This document shows positions 20,726 to 30,357 of a stretch of 64,000 nucleotides of DNA, piece after piece. Within the stretch, counting starts at the first letter, position 1. Each line of letters starts with the position of its first letter. Below the pieces are notes generated by a model. It had not been told where the DNA came from. It worked only from the letters and a program-made list of their open reading frames with translations, and did not search any database. The translations under genes and the position numbers were made by a program. Origin of the DNA: an uncultured Bifidobacteriaceae bacterium. GTDB taxonomy: Bacteria > Verrucomicrobiota > Verrucomicrobiia > Limisphaerales > UBA11358. The stretch covers positions 7,565-71,564 of the forward strand of contig CAZHXG010000005.1 of NCBI GenBank assembly GCA_964536285.1, written 5' to 3'.

Positions 20726-21709
20726 CTATGCCCGCGGATGCGCCGCGTCGTAAGCCTTCTTCAGCCGCTCCGTCGTGACGTGCGTGTAGACCTGCGTCGT
20801 GACGAGATGCGCGTGGCCGAGCAGTTCCTGCACGCTCCGCAAATCCGCGCCCGCGTCCAGCAGATGTGTCGCGTAACTGTGCCGCAGTTTGTGCGGTGTC
20901 AAACACGGATCCAGCCCGGCGATGGCGAGAAATTGTTTCAACCGCCGCGCGAGCTGGACCGGCGCAAGCGGCGCGCGTTTTTTTGTCTCCGCAAAAAAAA
21001 TCGGCGACGCCCCGCCCGGCGGCTGTTTGAACGTGTTCCAATAATCCTGGATCGCCATCAACGCCGGCCGGCCGATCGGCACGAGCCGTTCCTTTTTTCC
21101 CTTGCCACGCACGCGGACGATTTGCTCGCTCCAGTCAAGGTCGTCCACGCGCAAGCCGCACAGCTCGCTCACGCGCAGGCCGCAGGAATAAATCGTTTCG
21201 AGAACCGCAACGTCGCGCAACGCCGCGACTTGGGAAACCGGCCGGCCGGCTTTTTTTGTTTTCTGGATTTTTAAAAGCTCGAACGGCGCGATGAGCAGCT
21301 CTTCCATCTGTTGCTTCGTCAAAAATTTCGGCAGCCGCTTTTCCAGTTTTGGCAGCGACAGATTTTTTATCGGCGAACTTTCAGCCGCGCCGTGACGGAT
21401 GAGAAATTTGTAAAACGTCCGCAGCGCGGAAAAGCGAAGCTGCGTCGCCGCGCGGCTCAAATTATTTCTTCCGAGAAAACGGACGAAGCTGCGGAAATCA
21501 TCGCGTTGAAGTTTGTCCCAAATCGGCGGCGACTTTCTTTCTTCAAGATGCCAGCACGAAAACTCCGTCAACGCCTGTTTGTAATTCCGTTGCGTATAAA
21601 CCGACGCGCCGCGATCCGTCGCCAGATGCGCGAGGAATTTTTGAATCCATTTGTCCACCTGCAGCGGTTTGGTCGTTGAAGCATCAGTCACGTGAAACAA
21701 ATACAACAT
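20726..21709 (-). CDS. Tyrosine recombinase, XerC/XerD type
   Basis: 327 aa with an N-terminal SAM-like domain and the catalytic tetrad context (GLRVSELCGL..., HKLRHSYATHLL, LLGHAHLVTTQVYTHV). Confidence 0.85.
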   Translation of the reverse strand: MLYLFHVTDASTTKPLQVDKWIQKFLAHLATDRGASVYTQRNYKQALTEFSCWHLEERKSPPIWDKLQRDDFRSFVRFLGRNNLSRAATQLRFSALRTFYKFLIRHGAAESSPIKNLSLPKLEKRLPKFLTKQQMEELLIAPFELLKIQKTKKAGRPVSQVAALRDVAVLETIYSCGLRVSELCGLRVDDLDWSEQIVRVRGKGKKERLVPIGRPALMAIQDYWNTFKQPPGGASPIFFAETKKRAPLAPVQLARRLKQFLAIAGLDPCLTPHKLRHSYATHLLDAGADLRSVQELLGHAHLVTTQVYTHVTTERLKKAYDAAHPRA

Positions 21710-21797
21710 CCCGTTGCAACTTGCAGTAAAATGGAAATGGTTTCAGAGATAGAAACTCCGACCGATGATTCTGCTTCAATACAAACAAGTGACCCCA

Positions 21798-22526
21798 TTA
21801 CTGTTCACTACGGCGGAACAACAACAGGGAAAGTCCACCTAAACCAGCCAATGCAATCGTCCCCGGTTCAGGAGTAGGAATCGTAAGCGGTATCGCATAC
21901 AACTGTGTGTTGAGGGAATTAATCGGAAGTCCATTTTGATTTGCACTTGTGCCAAACACCGGAGTGCCGGGGTTGAAAGCGCCCGGGTTAAGAAAACCCG
22001 TGGCTGATTCACCAAAGAAAGGATCTCCAGTTAAGAAGGGTTCGTCGGTATTCCAATTTGCCAGAATGTTTGACACCGTCGTCCATGAAGTGCCCAGATT
22101 GGCCGACCAGCCGACAAGCATGATATTGTTCGTAACGCCATGCGCCCATGGCACTGTCGCTGCCGCATTACCGGCCACTGGCGCGAGTTTACCTGCTGAA
22201 CCGGCTGCAGTCGTATTGGTTGCGGTTAACCCGGTATCAAGCCATGTTCCGCCAAAAAGTTGATTATATGTCGGGACTGATACTTGAGAGCCGGTGAATG
22301 CCGTATTATACAGCAGCTCAAAATAAAAAGCTGGACTAGCACTGGCAGATGAAATGTTACCAATAGTGCCGTCCCCTGTTGATCCAGCGCCAAATGCAAA
22401 CTGCGTCGCATTGGTTTGGGCGGTTATTGCAGCAGCATTAAGCCCAATCCAATTCACCGTTCCTTGGGCAAAGGCAGCACCTGTCACTCCCAGCGCGCAA
22501 ATAATTGTTAAGTTTAATTTTTTCAT
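21798..22526 (-). CDS. PEP-CTERM sorting-signal secreted protein
   Basis: Signal peptide MKKLNLTIICALGVTGAAFAQG and a C-terminal PEP-CTERM anchor TPEPGTIALAGLGGLSLLLFRRSEQ. Start taken at the ATG at 22526; the track start at 22553 is also an ATG. Confidence 0.78.
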   Translation of the reverse strand: MKKLNLTIICALGVTGAAFAQGTVNWIGLNAAAITAQTNATQFAFGAGSTGDGTIGNISSASASPAFYFELLYNTAFTGSQVSVPTYNQLFGGTWLDTGLTATNTTAAGSAGKLAPVAGNAAATVPWAHGVTNNIMLVGWSANLGTSWTTVSNILANWNTDEPFLTGDPFFGESATGFLNPGAFNPGTPVFGTSANQNGLPINSLNTQLYAIPLTIPTPEPGTIALAGLGGLSLLLFRRSEQ

Positions 22527-22733
22527 AAGGGAGTCGTTCCCTAATATCGACATGAAGTCGTATTTTTAAATAAACCTATCTGATTGCTTCGACTCTACAC
22601 CTGTCCCCCCCATTCCTGTCTAGGATAAGTTATACACATTCTGTATGGCGAGGGATGTGCTTGCTTTGAAGATGCCTAAAGAGGGCTGACATTAATTACA
22701 CCGCACTGTGTGGCGTGATTTTTAATTGTTTGA

Positions 22734-25535
22734 CTAGCCTTCTTCGCGTGGCGGAAAATCAAAAGTGATCTTCCCCTTCGCGTCCATCACAAGATACGCC
22801 GGAAACGGCTTTCCCGCCTTGGAAATAAATTTGTCGAGCAGAGCGCTCTTGCCGTCGGCGAGAATTTTCCTTGCCTGCACGGCGTCAATCGGCTGTTGCA
22901 AAATTTCCCGGCCGATCTTGAATTTGCACGCCTTACCGTCGCGTTGGGAATTTTCGCAGATGTAACCTTGCTCCGTATCGTAAATTTTTCCGCCGCATTT
23001 CGGGCATTTGCCGATGACTTCCTTGCCGGTGAAATCAATCTTCGGCAGCGGTTCGCGCGGCGTGCCGTCCTTCGCCTTGCCCTTTTTTTCGCGCGGTTCA
23101 AATTCAAACGCCGTGCCGCCGTCCTTGATCACCAGAAACGCCTTGAACGCACGGTTGTTTTTTTTGGAAATAAATTTTGTCAGCAAATCCGTCTTGCCCG
23201 TCTCCAGCATTTTTTTGACCTGCGCGGCCTCGATTGGTTGCTGCAAAATAATTTTGCCCGTCTTGAACGTGCAGGTTTTCGCCGCACCCGTCGCGTTCTC
23301 GCAAAGATAATTCATGCCGCCGTCGAAAACCCGCCCGCCGCACTTCGGACATTTACCGAGCGGCTCTTTGCCCGTGAAATCGATCGGCGCAGAATCCGCG
23401 CCATCGGCATTTTTGTCGTTCCCGAAATCGAACTCCGGCTTGAACTCCGCGCCCATCTTGACGATCGCGGCGAATGGAAATCCCTGCTTGCTGCGGAAAC
23501 CTTGCAACGGCCCGACGACACCCTTGCTGATGAGTTCCTCGATCTCCGCCGGTTCGAACTGCCGGCCTGCCGCGATTTTCCAGAGCGCAAAATCGCATTT
23601 CTGGCACTGGAACTTTTTGTAGTTCTCGTGGATCTCGCCACCGCATTTCGGGCACGGCACGTTGAGCACGCCGAAATCGCCGGGGATCGTGTCGCTCTCG
23701 TAACTCTTGGCCTTCGCCACGATGTCGCGCGTCGCGTCCGCGATTTCCTTCATGAAAACGTCGCGCTTCAATTTGCCGCGCGCCATCTGGTTCAATTTGA
23801 ATTCCCATTCACCGGTCAATTCAGGCGAACACAATTCTGGAATCTGTAAACCGCGTAAAAGTGTAATCAATGAAAATGCTTTTGCTGTCGGCTGCAATTC
23901 GCGTCCGTTCCGCAAAACATATTTTTCCCAGATCAAACCTTCGATGATGGTTGCGCGCGTCGCGGGCGTGCCGAGACCTTTTTCAATCATCGCCTCGCGG
24001 AGATCCTCGTCCTCAACGAGTTTGCCCGCGCCTTCCATCGCGCCAAGAAGCGTCGCTTCCGAATAGCGCGCCGGCGGTTTCGTGACGTTCGCCTCGACTT
24101 CGATTTTCTCGGTCTTGACCGTTTCGTTCGGCTTCACCGGCACGAGGCTCGGCGTGTCGTCGGACTCCGCCGCCTCTTTGCCATAAACCGCTAGCCAGCC
24201 CGCGTTGACCATCACCTTGCCTTCGCTCTTGAACGGCTCACCTTCGACGCGCGTAATGCGCGTGGTTACGAGAAATTCCGCTGCCGGATAAAAAATCGCG
24301 AGAAACCGTTTCGTGACGAGGTCGTAAAGTTTCTGCTCCGGCTCGCTCAAATGTTTTGGCGCGACGAGCGTGGGGATGACAGCGAAGTGATCCGAAATTT
24401 TCGCATTGTTAAAGATGCGCTTGTTCGGCTTGACCCAATCGCTTTTCAAAATCTGGCCGGCGAACGGCGCATAATTGGTTTCGCCGAGCATCTCCAGAGT
24501 TTTTTTCACCGTGCCGATGTAATCCTCCGGCAACGCCCGCGCGTCTGTTCTCGGATATGTCAGCACCTTGTGTTTTTCGTAAAGCGCCTGTGCGAGTCCT
24601 AAAGTGTTTTTTGCGGAAAAACCAAATCGTCCGTTCGCCTCGCGCTGCAACGTCGTCAAATCATAAAGCTGCGGCGACATCGAGGTCGTCGGCTTGCTTT
24701 CTTCCGTGACGATGCCCGGCTTGCCGAGACATTTTTTCTGGATTTCTTCCGCCCGCGCAATTTCCCAAACGCGTTCCGGCTTTGATTGTTCGTCGCCTTC
24801 CTTCTTGGAAAACTTTTCATCGAACCAGCGTCCCGGATATTCGCCCCCCTGCGCGCCAAATGTTCCGTGAATTTCCCAGTAGTCGCGCGAAACAAATTTT
24901 TTAATCTTCTCCTCGCGCTCGACGAGAATCGCCAGCGTCGGCGTCTGCACGCGGCCAACAGTCGTCAGGTGAAAGCCGCCGGACTTGGAATTGAACGCCG
25001 TCATCGCGCGTGTTCCGTTGATGCCGATGAGCCAGTCGCTTTCGCTGCGGCATGTCGCGGCATCCGCGAGCGGAAGCATCTGTTCATCCGTGCGCAACGC
25101 CGCGAAGCCTTCACGGATCGAGGCGGCGGTCATGGATTGCAGCCAGAGCCGCTGGATCGGCTTGTCGCTTTTGGAATATTGGACGATGTAACGGAAAATC
25201 AATTCACCTTCGCGCCCGGCGTCGCACGCATTGATGAGCGTCGTCACGTCTTTGCGTTTGATGAGCTTCAATAAAACTTTTAGCCGTGCCTCGTTTTTCT
25301 CGATGGGCAGCAAATCAAAGTGCGGCGGAATGACCGGCAGATTCACGAACGTCCACTTGCCGCGCTTCACCTCGAACTGTTCCGGCACGCAAATCGTGAG
25401 CAGATGGCCGACCGCCGACGAGATGACGTAATCGTCGTTCTCGTAGAAGTCCGCGTTCTTATGGAACTTTCCGAGCACCTTCGAAATGTCTCCGGCGACG
25501 GACGGTTTTTCCGCGATGATGAGTGCTTTACCCAT
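22734..25535 (-). CDS. topB: DNA topoisomerase III with zinc-ribbon and duplicated C-terminal repeat domains
   Basis: Toprim start MGKALIIAEKPSVAGDISKVL, a type IA core (TYPRTDARALPEDY active-site Tyr region), and three CPKCGG ribbons. The track ORF is extended 164 codons upstream across the acs promoter/5' end; I use the ATG at 25535. Confidence 0.9.
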   Translation of the reverse strand: MGKALIIAEKPSVAGDISKVLGKFHKNADFYENDDYVISSAVGHLLTICVPEQFEVKRGKWTFVNLPVIPPHFDLLPIEKNEARLKVLLKLIKRKDVTTLINACDAGREGELIFRYIVQYSKSDKPIQRLWLQSMTAASIREGFAALRTDEQMLPLADAATCRSESDWLIGINGTRAMTAFNSKSGGFHLTTVGRVQTPTLAILVEREEKIKKFVSRDYWEIHGTFGAQGGEYPGRWFDEKFSKKEGDEQSKPERVWEIARAEEIQKKCLGKPGIVTEESKPTTSMSPQLYDLTTLQREANGRFGFSAKNTLGLAQALYEKHKVLTYPRTDARALPEDYIGTVKKTLEMLGETNYAPFAGQILKSDWVKPNKRIFNNAKISDHFAVIPTLVAPKHLSEPEQKLYDLVTKRFLAIFYPAAEFLVTTRITRVEGEPFKSEGKVMVNAGWLAVYGKEAAESDDTPSLVPVKPNETVKTEKIEVEANVTKPPARYSEATLLGAMEGAGKLVEDEDLREAMIEKGLGTPATRATIIEGLIWEKYVLRNGRELQPTAKAFSLITLLRGLQIPELCSPELTGEWEFKLNQMARGKLKRDVFMKEIADATRDIVAKAKSYESDTIPGDFGVLNVPCPKCGGEIHENYKKFQCQKCDFALWKIAAGRQFEPAEIEELISKGVVGPLQGFRSKQGFPFAAIVKMGAEFKPEFDFGNDKNADGADSAPIDFTGKEPLGKCPKCGGRVFDGGMNYLCENATGAAKTCTFKTGKIILQQPIEAAQVKKMLETGKTDLLTKFISKKNNRAFKAFLVIKDGGTAFEFEPREKKGKAKDGTPREPLPKIDFTGKEVIGKCPKCGGKIYDTEQGYICENSQRDGKACKFKIGREILQQPIDAVQARKILADGKSALLDKFISKAGKPFPAYLVMDAKGKITFDFPPREEG

Positions 25536-25634
25536 TTGTTGCGCGGCAAACTTGCGAAGAAAAATTGTTTTGTCAACACTCGTGCGATTGACACGGGCGA
25601 AAAGTTTTGCAGAAATGCATGAAATCCGAACCGA

Positions 25635-27617
25635 ATGACGACGCAAAATAAAACTATTTCGACTGAATCGCTGTCGCACGAGAGCCGCACATTCCCGCCA
25701 TCGCCGGAAGTTGTGAAACGCGCGCTGCTCAATGCGAAACAGTTCAACGCACTTTACGAACGCTCTCTTCGCGAGCCGGAAAAGTTCTGGCTGGAACAGG
25801 CTAACACTTTGGATTGGTTCAAGAAACCGACCGTCGCCGGAAAATTTATTTGGGACACCGACGCGCGAAAAATCGAACACACTTGGTTCGAAGATGGCCA
25901 GTTGAACTTGAGTACGAACTGCCTGGATCGCCACGTCAAAACGAAATTGCGCGACAAGGTTGCCATCATCTGGCAGGGCGACAGCGAGGATGAAGTGAAG
26001 AAGCTGACTTACTGCGAATTGCATCATGAGGTCTGCAAGTTCGCCAACGCGCTGAAATCGCTCGGCGTCAAAAAAGGCGACCGCGTGGCGATTTATATGC
26101 CGATGATTCCCGAAGCCGCCGTCGCGATGCTAGGTTGCGCGCGCATCGGCGCGATCCATTCCGTCGTGTTCGGCGGTTTTAGCGCGGATTCGCTTTCGGA
26201 TCGAATCAACGATTCCAGTTGCAAGTTATTGATCACGGCAAATGCTTCGTTGCGCGGTGGGAAAATAATTCCGCTCAAAGCTATCGCCGACAACGCGCTG
26301 CAAAAAACTCCGAGCATCGAGAAAGTCGTTGTTGTCAAACGCAACGACGAACCATGCAACATCACTACTGGCCGCGATGTCTGGTATCATGACTTGATGG
26401 CGAAGGCGTCGGCGGATTGTCCGCCCGAAAAAATGAATGCCGAAGATTTTTTGTTCATCCTTTACACATCCGGCTCGACCGGCAAACCGAAAGGCGTCGT
26501 CCACAGCACCGCCGGTTATCTGCTTTGGAGCGCGCTCACGCACAAATACGTTTTCGATATTCACGACGGCGACATTTATTTCTGCACCGCCGACGTCGGC
26601 TGGGTCACCGGCCACAGCTACGTTGTTTATGGCCCGCTCTGCAACGGCGCGACGACGCTGATGTTCGAGGGCATCCCGACGTTTCCCGACGCCGGACGTT
26701 TTTGGCGCATTGTGGAAAAATTTCGCGTGACAAGTTTTTACACCGCACCGACGGCGATCCGCGCGCTCATCCGGCTCGGTGATGAATGGCCGAACAAACA
26801 TGATTTGAGTTCTCTGCGCGTGCTTGGCTCGGTCGGTGAACCGATCAATCCCGAAGCGTGGATGTGGTATTACAATGTCATCGGCAAAGGTCGTTGCCCG
26901 ATTTCCGATACTTGGTGGCAAACGGAAACCGGCGGACATTTAATTACTCCCCTGCCCGGCGTGAACATTTTAAAACCCGGCAGCGCGGGACGACCATTTT
27001 TTGGTATTGAACCGGTTGTTCTCCGCGACGACGGCACTGAATGCAAACCGAACGAAGGCGGAAAACTTTGCATCAAGAAACCGTGGCCGGGAATCATGCG
27101 CACGACTTGGGGCGACCACGAACGTTTCGTGAACACGTATTTCACGACGTTTGCGAATATGTATTTCACCGGCGACGGCTGCCGAGTGGACGCCGAAGGC
27201 GATTACTGGCTCATGGGCCGGGTTGACGACGTTGTAAATGTTTCCGGCCATCGCATCGGCACGGCGGAAGTCGAGAGCGCGCTCGTGAGCCATCCGAAGG
27301 TGGCCGAAGCCGCCGTCGCGCCCATGCCGCACGACATCAAAGGCCAGGCACTCTACGCCTTCGTGACTTTGAAGGATGGAATTTCCGAAAGCGAAGAATT
27401 GAAAAAGGAGCTGGCGAATCATGTTCGCAAGGAAATCGGCGCGATCGCCGTGCCGGACAAAATTCAATTCGCGCCCGGCCTGCCGAAAACGCGTTCGGGA
27501 AAAATCATGCGCCGCATCCTCCGAAAAATCGCGGAGAACCAGACCGACCAGATCGGCGACATCACGACGTTGGCCGATTCATCCGTCGTTGAAGCATTGG
27601 TCAAAGGCAAACAGTGA
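25635..27617 (+). CDS. acs: Acetyl-CoA synthetase (AMP-forming)
   Basis: 660 aa, [20 protein letters not shown], the adenylation core and C-terminal [11 protein letters not shown]. Full-length Acs architecture. Confidence 0.97.
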   Translation: MTTQNKTISTESLSHESRTFPPSPEVVKRALLNAKQFNALYERSLREPEKFWLEQANTLDWFKKPTVAGKFIWDTDARKIEHTWFEDGQLNLSTNCLDRHVKTKLRDKVAIIWQGDSEDEVKKLTYCELHHEVCKFANALKSLGVKKGDRVAIYMPMIPEAAVAMLGCARIGAIHSVVFGGFSADSLSDRINDSSCKLLITANASLRGGKIIPLKAIADNALQKTPSIEKVVVVKRNDEPCNITTGRDVWYHDLMAKASADCPPEKMNAEDFLFILYTSGSTGKPKGVVHSTAGYLLWSALTHKYVFDIHDGDIYFCTADVGWVTGHSYVVYGPLCNGATTLMFEGIPTFPDAGRFWRIVEKFRVTSFYTAPTAIRALIRLGDEWPNKHDLSSLRVLGSVGEPINPEAWMWYYNVIGKGRCPISDTWWQTETGGHLITPLPGVNILKPGSAGRPFFGIEPVVLRDDGTECKPNEGGKLCIKKPWPGIMRTTWGDHERFVNTYFTTFANMYFTGDGCRVDAEGDYWLMGRVDDVVNVSGHRIGTAEVESALVSHPKVAEAAVAPMPHDIKGQALYAFVTLKDGISESEELKKELANHVRKEIGAIAVPDKIQFAPGLPKTRSGKIMRRILRKIAENQTDQIGDITTLADSSVVEALVKGKQ

Positions 27618-27817
27618 TTCGCGCTCTTGCGCCCGGCTCCAAAAACACTATAATTGTCTCGATGAAATTTTATCTGGCGATTCTGGCTTATGGACTGATC
27701 GGCCTCGTGTTAAGCGCAGGCATTTTGCTGGTGTGCGCGGGCAAGCCATTGTTCCTGATCCTTGCGCTCATCGCCTACGTCGTTGCGTTCGGCAGGCTCG
27801 GCTGCCAGACGCACTAA
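27614..27817 (+). CDS. Small two-TM hypothetical membrane protein
   Basis: The GTG start overlaps the acs stop (GTGA); an alternative ATG is at 27662 ([43 protein letters not shown]). Only hydrophobicity and coupling support it. Confidence 0.3.
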   Translation: MIRALAPGSKNTIIVSMKFYLAILAYGLIGLVLSAGILLVCAGKPLFLILALIAYVVAFGRLGCQTH

Positions 27818-27858
27818 ATAAATCGCGGCTCGCCGTTAGTCTAGCCTCGCCTTGAAAA

Positions 27859-29211
27859 TTATTTCTTCGGGACAGGAAACATTGTCGAAAGTTTTGTCGT
27901 GATTTGCGGCCAGCTTTGATGTGAAAAATCCGCAAACCCCGCAGCCATGCCCGTCGCGTTGGCCGCCGAGACAGAGGTGCCCTGCGTGAACCACGGCTGG
28001 TTGCCGAGATACGCGATGGTCGAGTCGGGCACGGCCATGTCCACGAAGCTGCCGTAGTCCGCATACGGCGCGATCTGTCCGCGCTCCAGCGCCGTCACCG
28101 CAACGACGCCCGGATACGCCGCCGGATAAACGGGCGTGGCGACAGGCTGATTACCCGCCGAGCCAAAAATGAGAATGCCGTCGCCAATCGCCGCCTCGAC
28201 CACGCCGTTGAGGACGGAACTGTCGCCGGAACTGCCGAGACTCAAATTGATGATGGTCGCGCCGCCGTTGACCGCCGCCGTGATGCCGACGGCGACATTC
28301 CACGTCGTCGCGTTCGCGCCCGAACCATAAACGTCCACGGGCAAAATCTGGATCGAAGAACTTCCCTGCTCCACCATTCCCGCCGCGCGCAGAATCGTTT
28401 CGGCCATCGCCGTACCGTGAGTCAATTCGTTGCCGTTCGCTTGCGTGCCTTCGGCGACGGAAACCGGAGTCATCATGAATTTGTCCAATGTGTCGCCGAG
28501 CGGCTGCACCGCAGTGTCAATCAGACCGACAATGACTTTGCCGGAATCCGGCGGCGGTTTGAGTTGCAGATTGACCGGCGCTTGCGGCGCGTCGCCGGAC
28601 ATGACCGCCTGCATCGGTGGTGGTTGGTCCAGATAATAATCGTAACCAGAATCAAGCACATCGCTGTTATTCTGAACCTGTGCGAGCGCGGCATCCGTCG
28701 CGGCCTCATCGCCAAACTGCAAACGGTAAAGGCCGAGCTTGTCAAGGCGACCGGTGATTTTTGCGCCGAGCAATTTCGCGAGCACATCAATATCCGTGCC
28801 GGGCTTGACGCGCAGAAGCAGTTCGTTGGCGACACGCCGGGGTTTTGCGGCAAGCACTTGTTGCGTCGCGCTCCGTATCGTCGTGCGAAAGACGTAGAGT
28901 TGTGAAGGCGTGTTGGTTTTTGGAACGAGTGCGAAATTCAAATCGCCAAGCAGCATTTTCAACGCGTCGCCTGACGGCAGGTCTTTGAATTTGGCGGACG
29001 CGTTGTGTTCCGCGCCCGGCTCTACGAAAATCTTCCAGTCCGCACTTTCGGCGATGTGCTCCAGCAACGGCCACAACGCCATGCCGCGCACATCCGCGTC
29101 CACGCGGTCGGTCGCCTTGTGCCAGACGAGGGAATTTGTCTCTGCTGCGCCTGCGCCGAAGCAAATGGCGGCGAGCGAGGAACACAAAAGGATTTTGCGC
29201 AGCAGAAACAT
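27859..29211 (-). CDS. Secreted S8 (subtilisin-family) serine peptidase
   Basis: Signal peptide, catalytic Asp (VGLIDTAV), His (HGTAMAETIL) and Ser (GTSVSAANATGMAAG) in the S8 order. The N-terminal ~90 aa resemble an STN/secretin-N-like module. Confidence 0.85.
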   Translation of the reverse strand: MFLLRKILLCSSLAAICFGAGAAETNSLVWHKATDRVDADVRGMALWPLLEHIAESADWKIFVEPGAEHNASAKFKDLPSGDALKMLLGDLNFALVPKTNTPSQLYVFRTTIRSATQQVLAAKPRRVANELLLRVKPGTDIDVLAKLLGAKITGRLDKLGLYRLQFGDEAATDAALAQVQNNSDVLDSGYDYYLDQPPPMQAVMSGDAPQAPVNLQLKPPPDSGKVIVGLIDTAVQPLGDTLDKFMMTPVSVAEGTQANGNELTHGTAMAETILRAAGMVEQGSSSIQILPVDVYGSGANATTWNVAVGITAAVNGGATIINLSLGSSGDSSVLNGVVEAAIGDGILIFGSAGNQPVATPVYPAAYPGVVAVTALERGQIAPYADYGSFVDMAVPDSTIAYLGNQPWFTQGTSVSAANATGMAAGFADFSHQSWPQITTKLSTMFPVPKK

Positions 29212-29256
29212 AAATTGTCAGACGATTTGAAAGCGCCGCCGGTTAAAGCGTTCGGT

Positions 29257-30270
29257 TTATTTTTTCGAAGCGACTGCTTTCACCCACGTTTGATTGTCGA
29301 GATACCATTGCACAGTTTCGCGGATGCCGCTCTCGAATTTGTGTGCGGGCATCCAGCCGAGTTCTTTTTTGATCTTCGTCGCATCAATCGCGTAACGGCG
29401 GTCGTGCCCCGGACGATCCTTGACGAATAAAATCAATTTACGCGAATTGCCACCAAGTTTCGGCGCGAATTCGTCAATCGTGTCGCAAATCAATTCGACA
29501 ATTCTTATGTTCGTCCACTCGTTGTGTCCGCCGATGTTGTAAGTCTCGCCGAGTTTTCCTTTTTGCAAAACCGCCCACAACGCCTCGGCGTGGTCGCGGA
29601 CGTAAAGCCAGTCGCGAATGTTCATGCCGTCGCCGTAAACAGGAACCGATTTTCGCACGAGCACGCTTTGGATGACGACAGGGATGAGTTTTTCAGGAAA
29701 TTGAAACGGGCCGTAGTTATTCGAGCAATTCGTGATGACCGTCGGCAACCCGTAAGTGTGATGATACGCGCGAACGAGAAAATCGCTCGACGCCTTGCTC
29801 GCGGAATAAGGCGAGTTTGGCGCGTAAGGCGTCGTCTCGGTAAAAAAACCCGTAGCAGCGAGCGAGCCATAAACCTCGTCAGTCGAAACGTGATGAAATT
29901 TTTTGCCCGCAAAATTTGTTCCCCAAAAAGCGCGACAGGCCTCAAGCAGATTGAAAGTTCCGTTGATGTTCGTCGTGATGAAATCGCCGGGCCCGGTGAT
30001 GGAGCGGTCCACATGCGATTCCGCCGCGAGGTGCATGACATGCGTGATGGAGTGTTTTTCAACGACTCGCAACACGGCGGCTTTGTCGCGCAAGTCTGCT
30101 TTCTCAAAAACGTATTTTGGATTACCGGAGATTTTTTCCAAATTCGCCTGATGACCGGCATAAGTCAGGCAATCGAGGTTCACCAGCTTCGCGACTTCCG
30201 CGTGCCCGATGATGTGATGGATCACGTTCGAGCCGATGAAACCCGCGCCGCCTGTTATCAATAAGTTCAT
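29257..30270 (-). CDS. rfbB: dTDP-glucose 4,6-dehydratase
   Basis: 337 aa, [18 protein letters not shown] catalytic YSASKASSD, and a typical RmlB C-terminus ([11 protein letters not shown]). Confidence 0.95.
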   Translation of the reverse strand: MNLLITGGAGFIGSNVIHHIIGHAEVAKLVNLDCLTYAGHQANLEKISGNPKYVFEKADLRDKAAVLRVVEKHSITHVMHLAAESHVDRSITGPGDFITTNINGTFNLLEACRAFWGTNFAGKKFHHVSTDEVYGSLAATGFFTETTPYAPNSPYSASKASSDFLVRAYHHTYGLPTVITNCSNNYGPFQFPEKLIPVVIQSVLVRKSVPVYGDGMNIRDWLYVRDHAEALWAVLQKGKLGETYNIGGHNEWTNIRIVELICDTIDEFAPKLGGNSRKLILFVKDRPGHDRRYAIDATKIKKELGWMPAHKFESGIRETVQWYLDNQTWVKAVASKK

Positions 30271-30278
30271 TTTGTCTG

Positions 30279-30357
30279 GCCACAGATTGACACAGATGAA
30301 ACACAGATAAGGCCAAAGTCCTTCCGAAATCCGTGAAAATCTGTGTTCATTTGTGGC
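30279..30357. repeat. Palindromic intergenic repeat element built from CACAGAT iterons (copy 1)
   Basis: GCCACAGATTGACACAGATGAAACACAGATAA...ATCCGTGAAAATCTGTGTTCATTTGTGGC. The arms are near-perfect inverted repeats, each containing three CACAGAT-type iterons. It fills the rfbB-upstream spacer and supplies the last 4 codons plus the stop of the 30347..31309 gene. Confidence 0.75.

Noticed and set aside
20726-21709. The tyrosine recombinase about 1.9 kb from tRNA-Thr, considered as the integrase of an integrated element.
   Set aside because: The domain layout and motifs are of the housekeeping XerC/XerD type. No phage/ICE genes, att-like tRNA 3' duplication or compositional island accompany it, and a SulP transporter lies between it and the tRNA.
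25536-26027. A 164-codon N-terminal extension of the topoisomerase III ORF running across the acs promoter and into acs.
   Set aside because: It has no similarity to topoisomerases. The canonical Toprim N-terminus MGKALIIAEKPS begins at the ATG at 25535.
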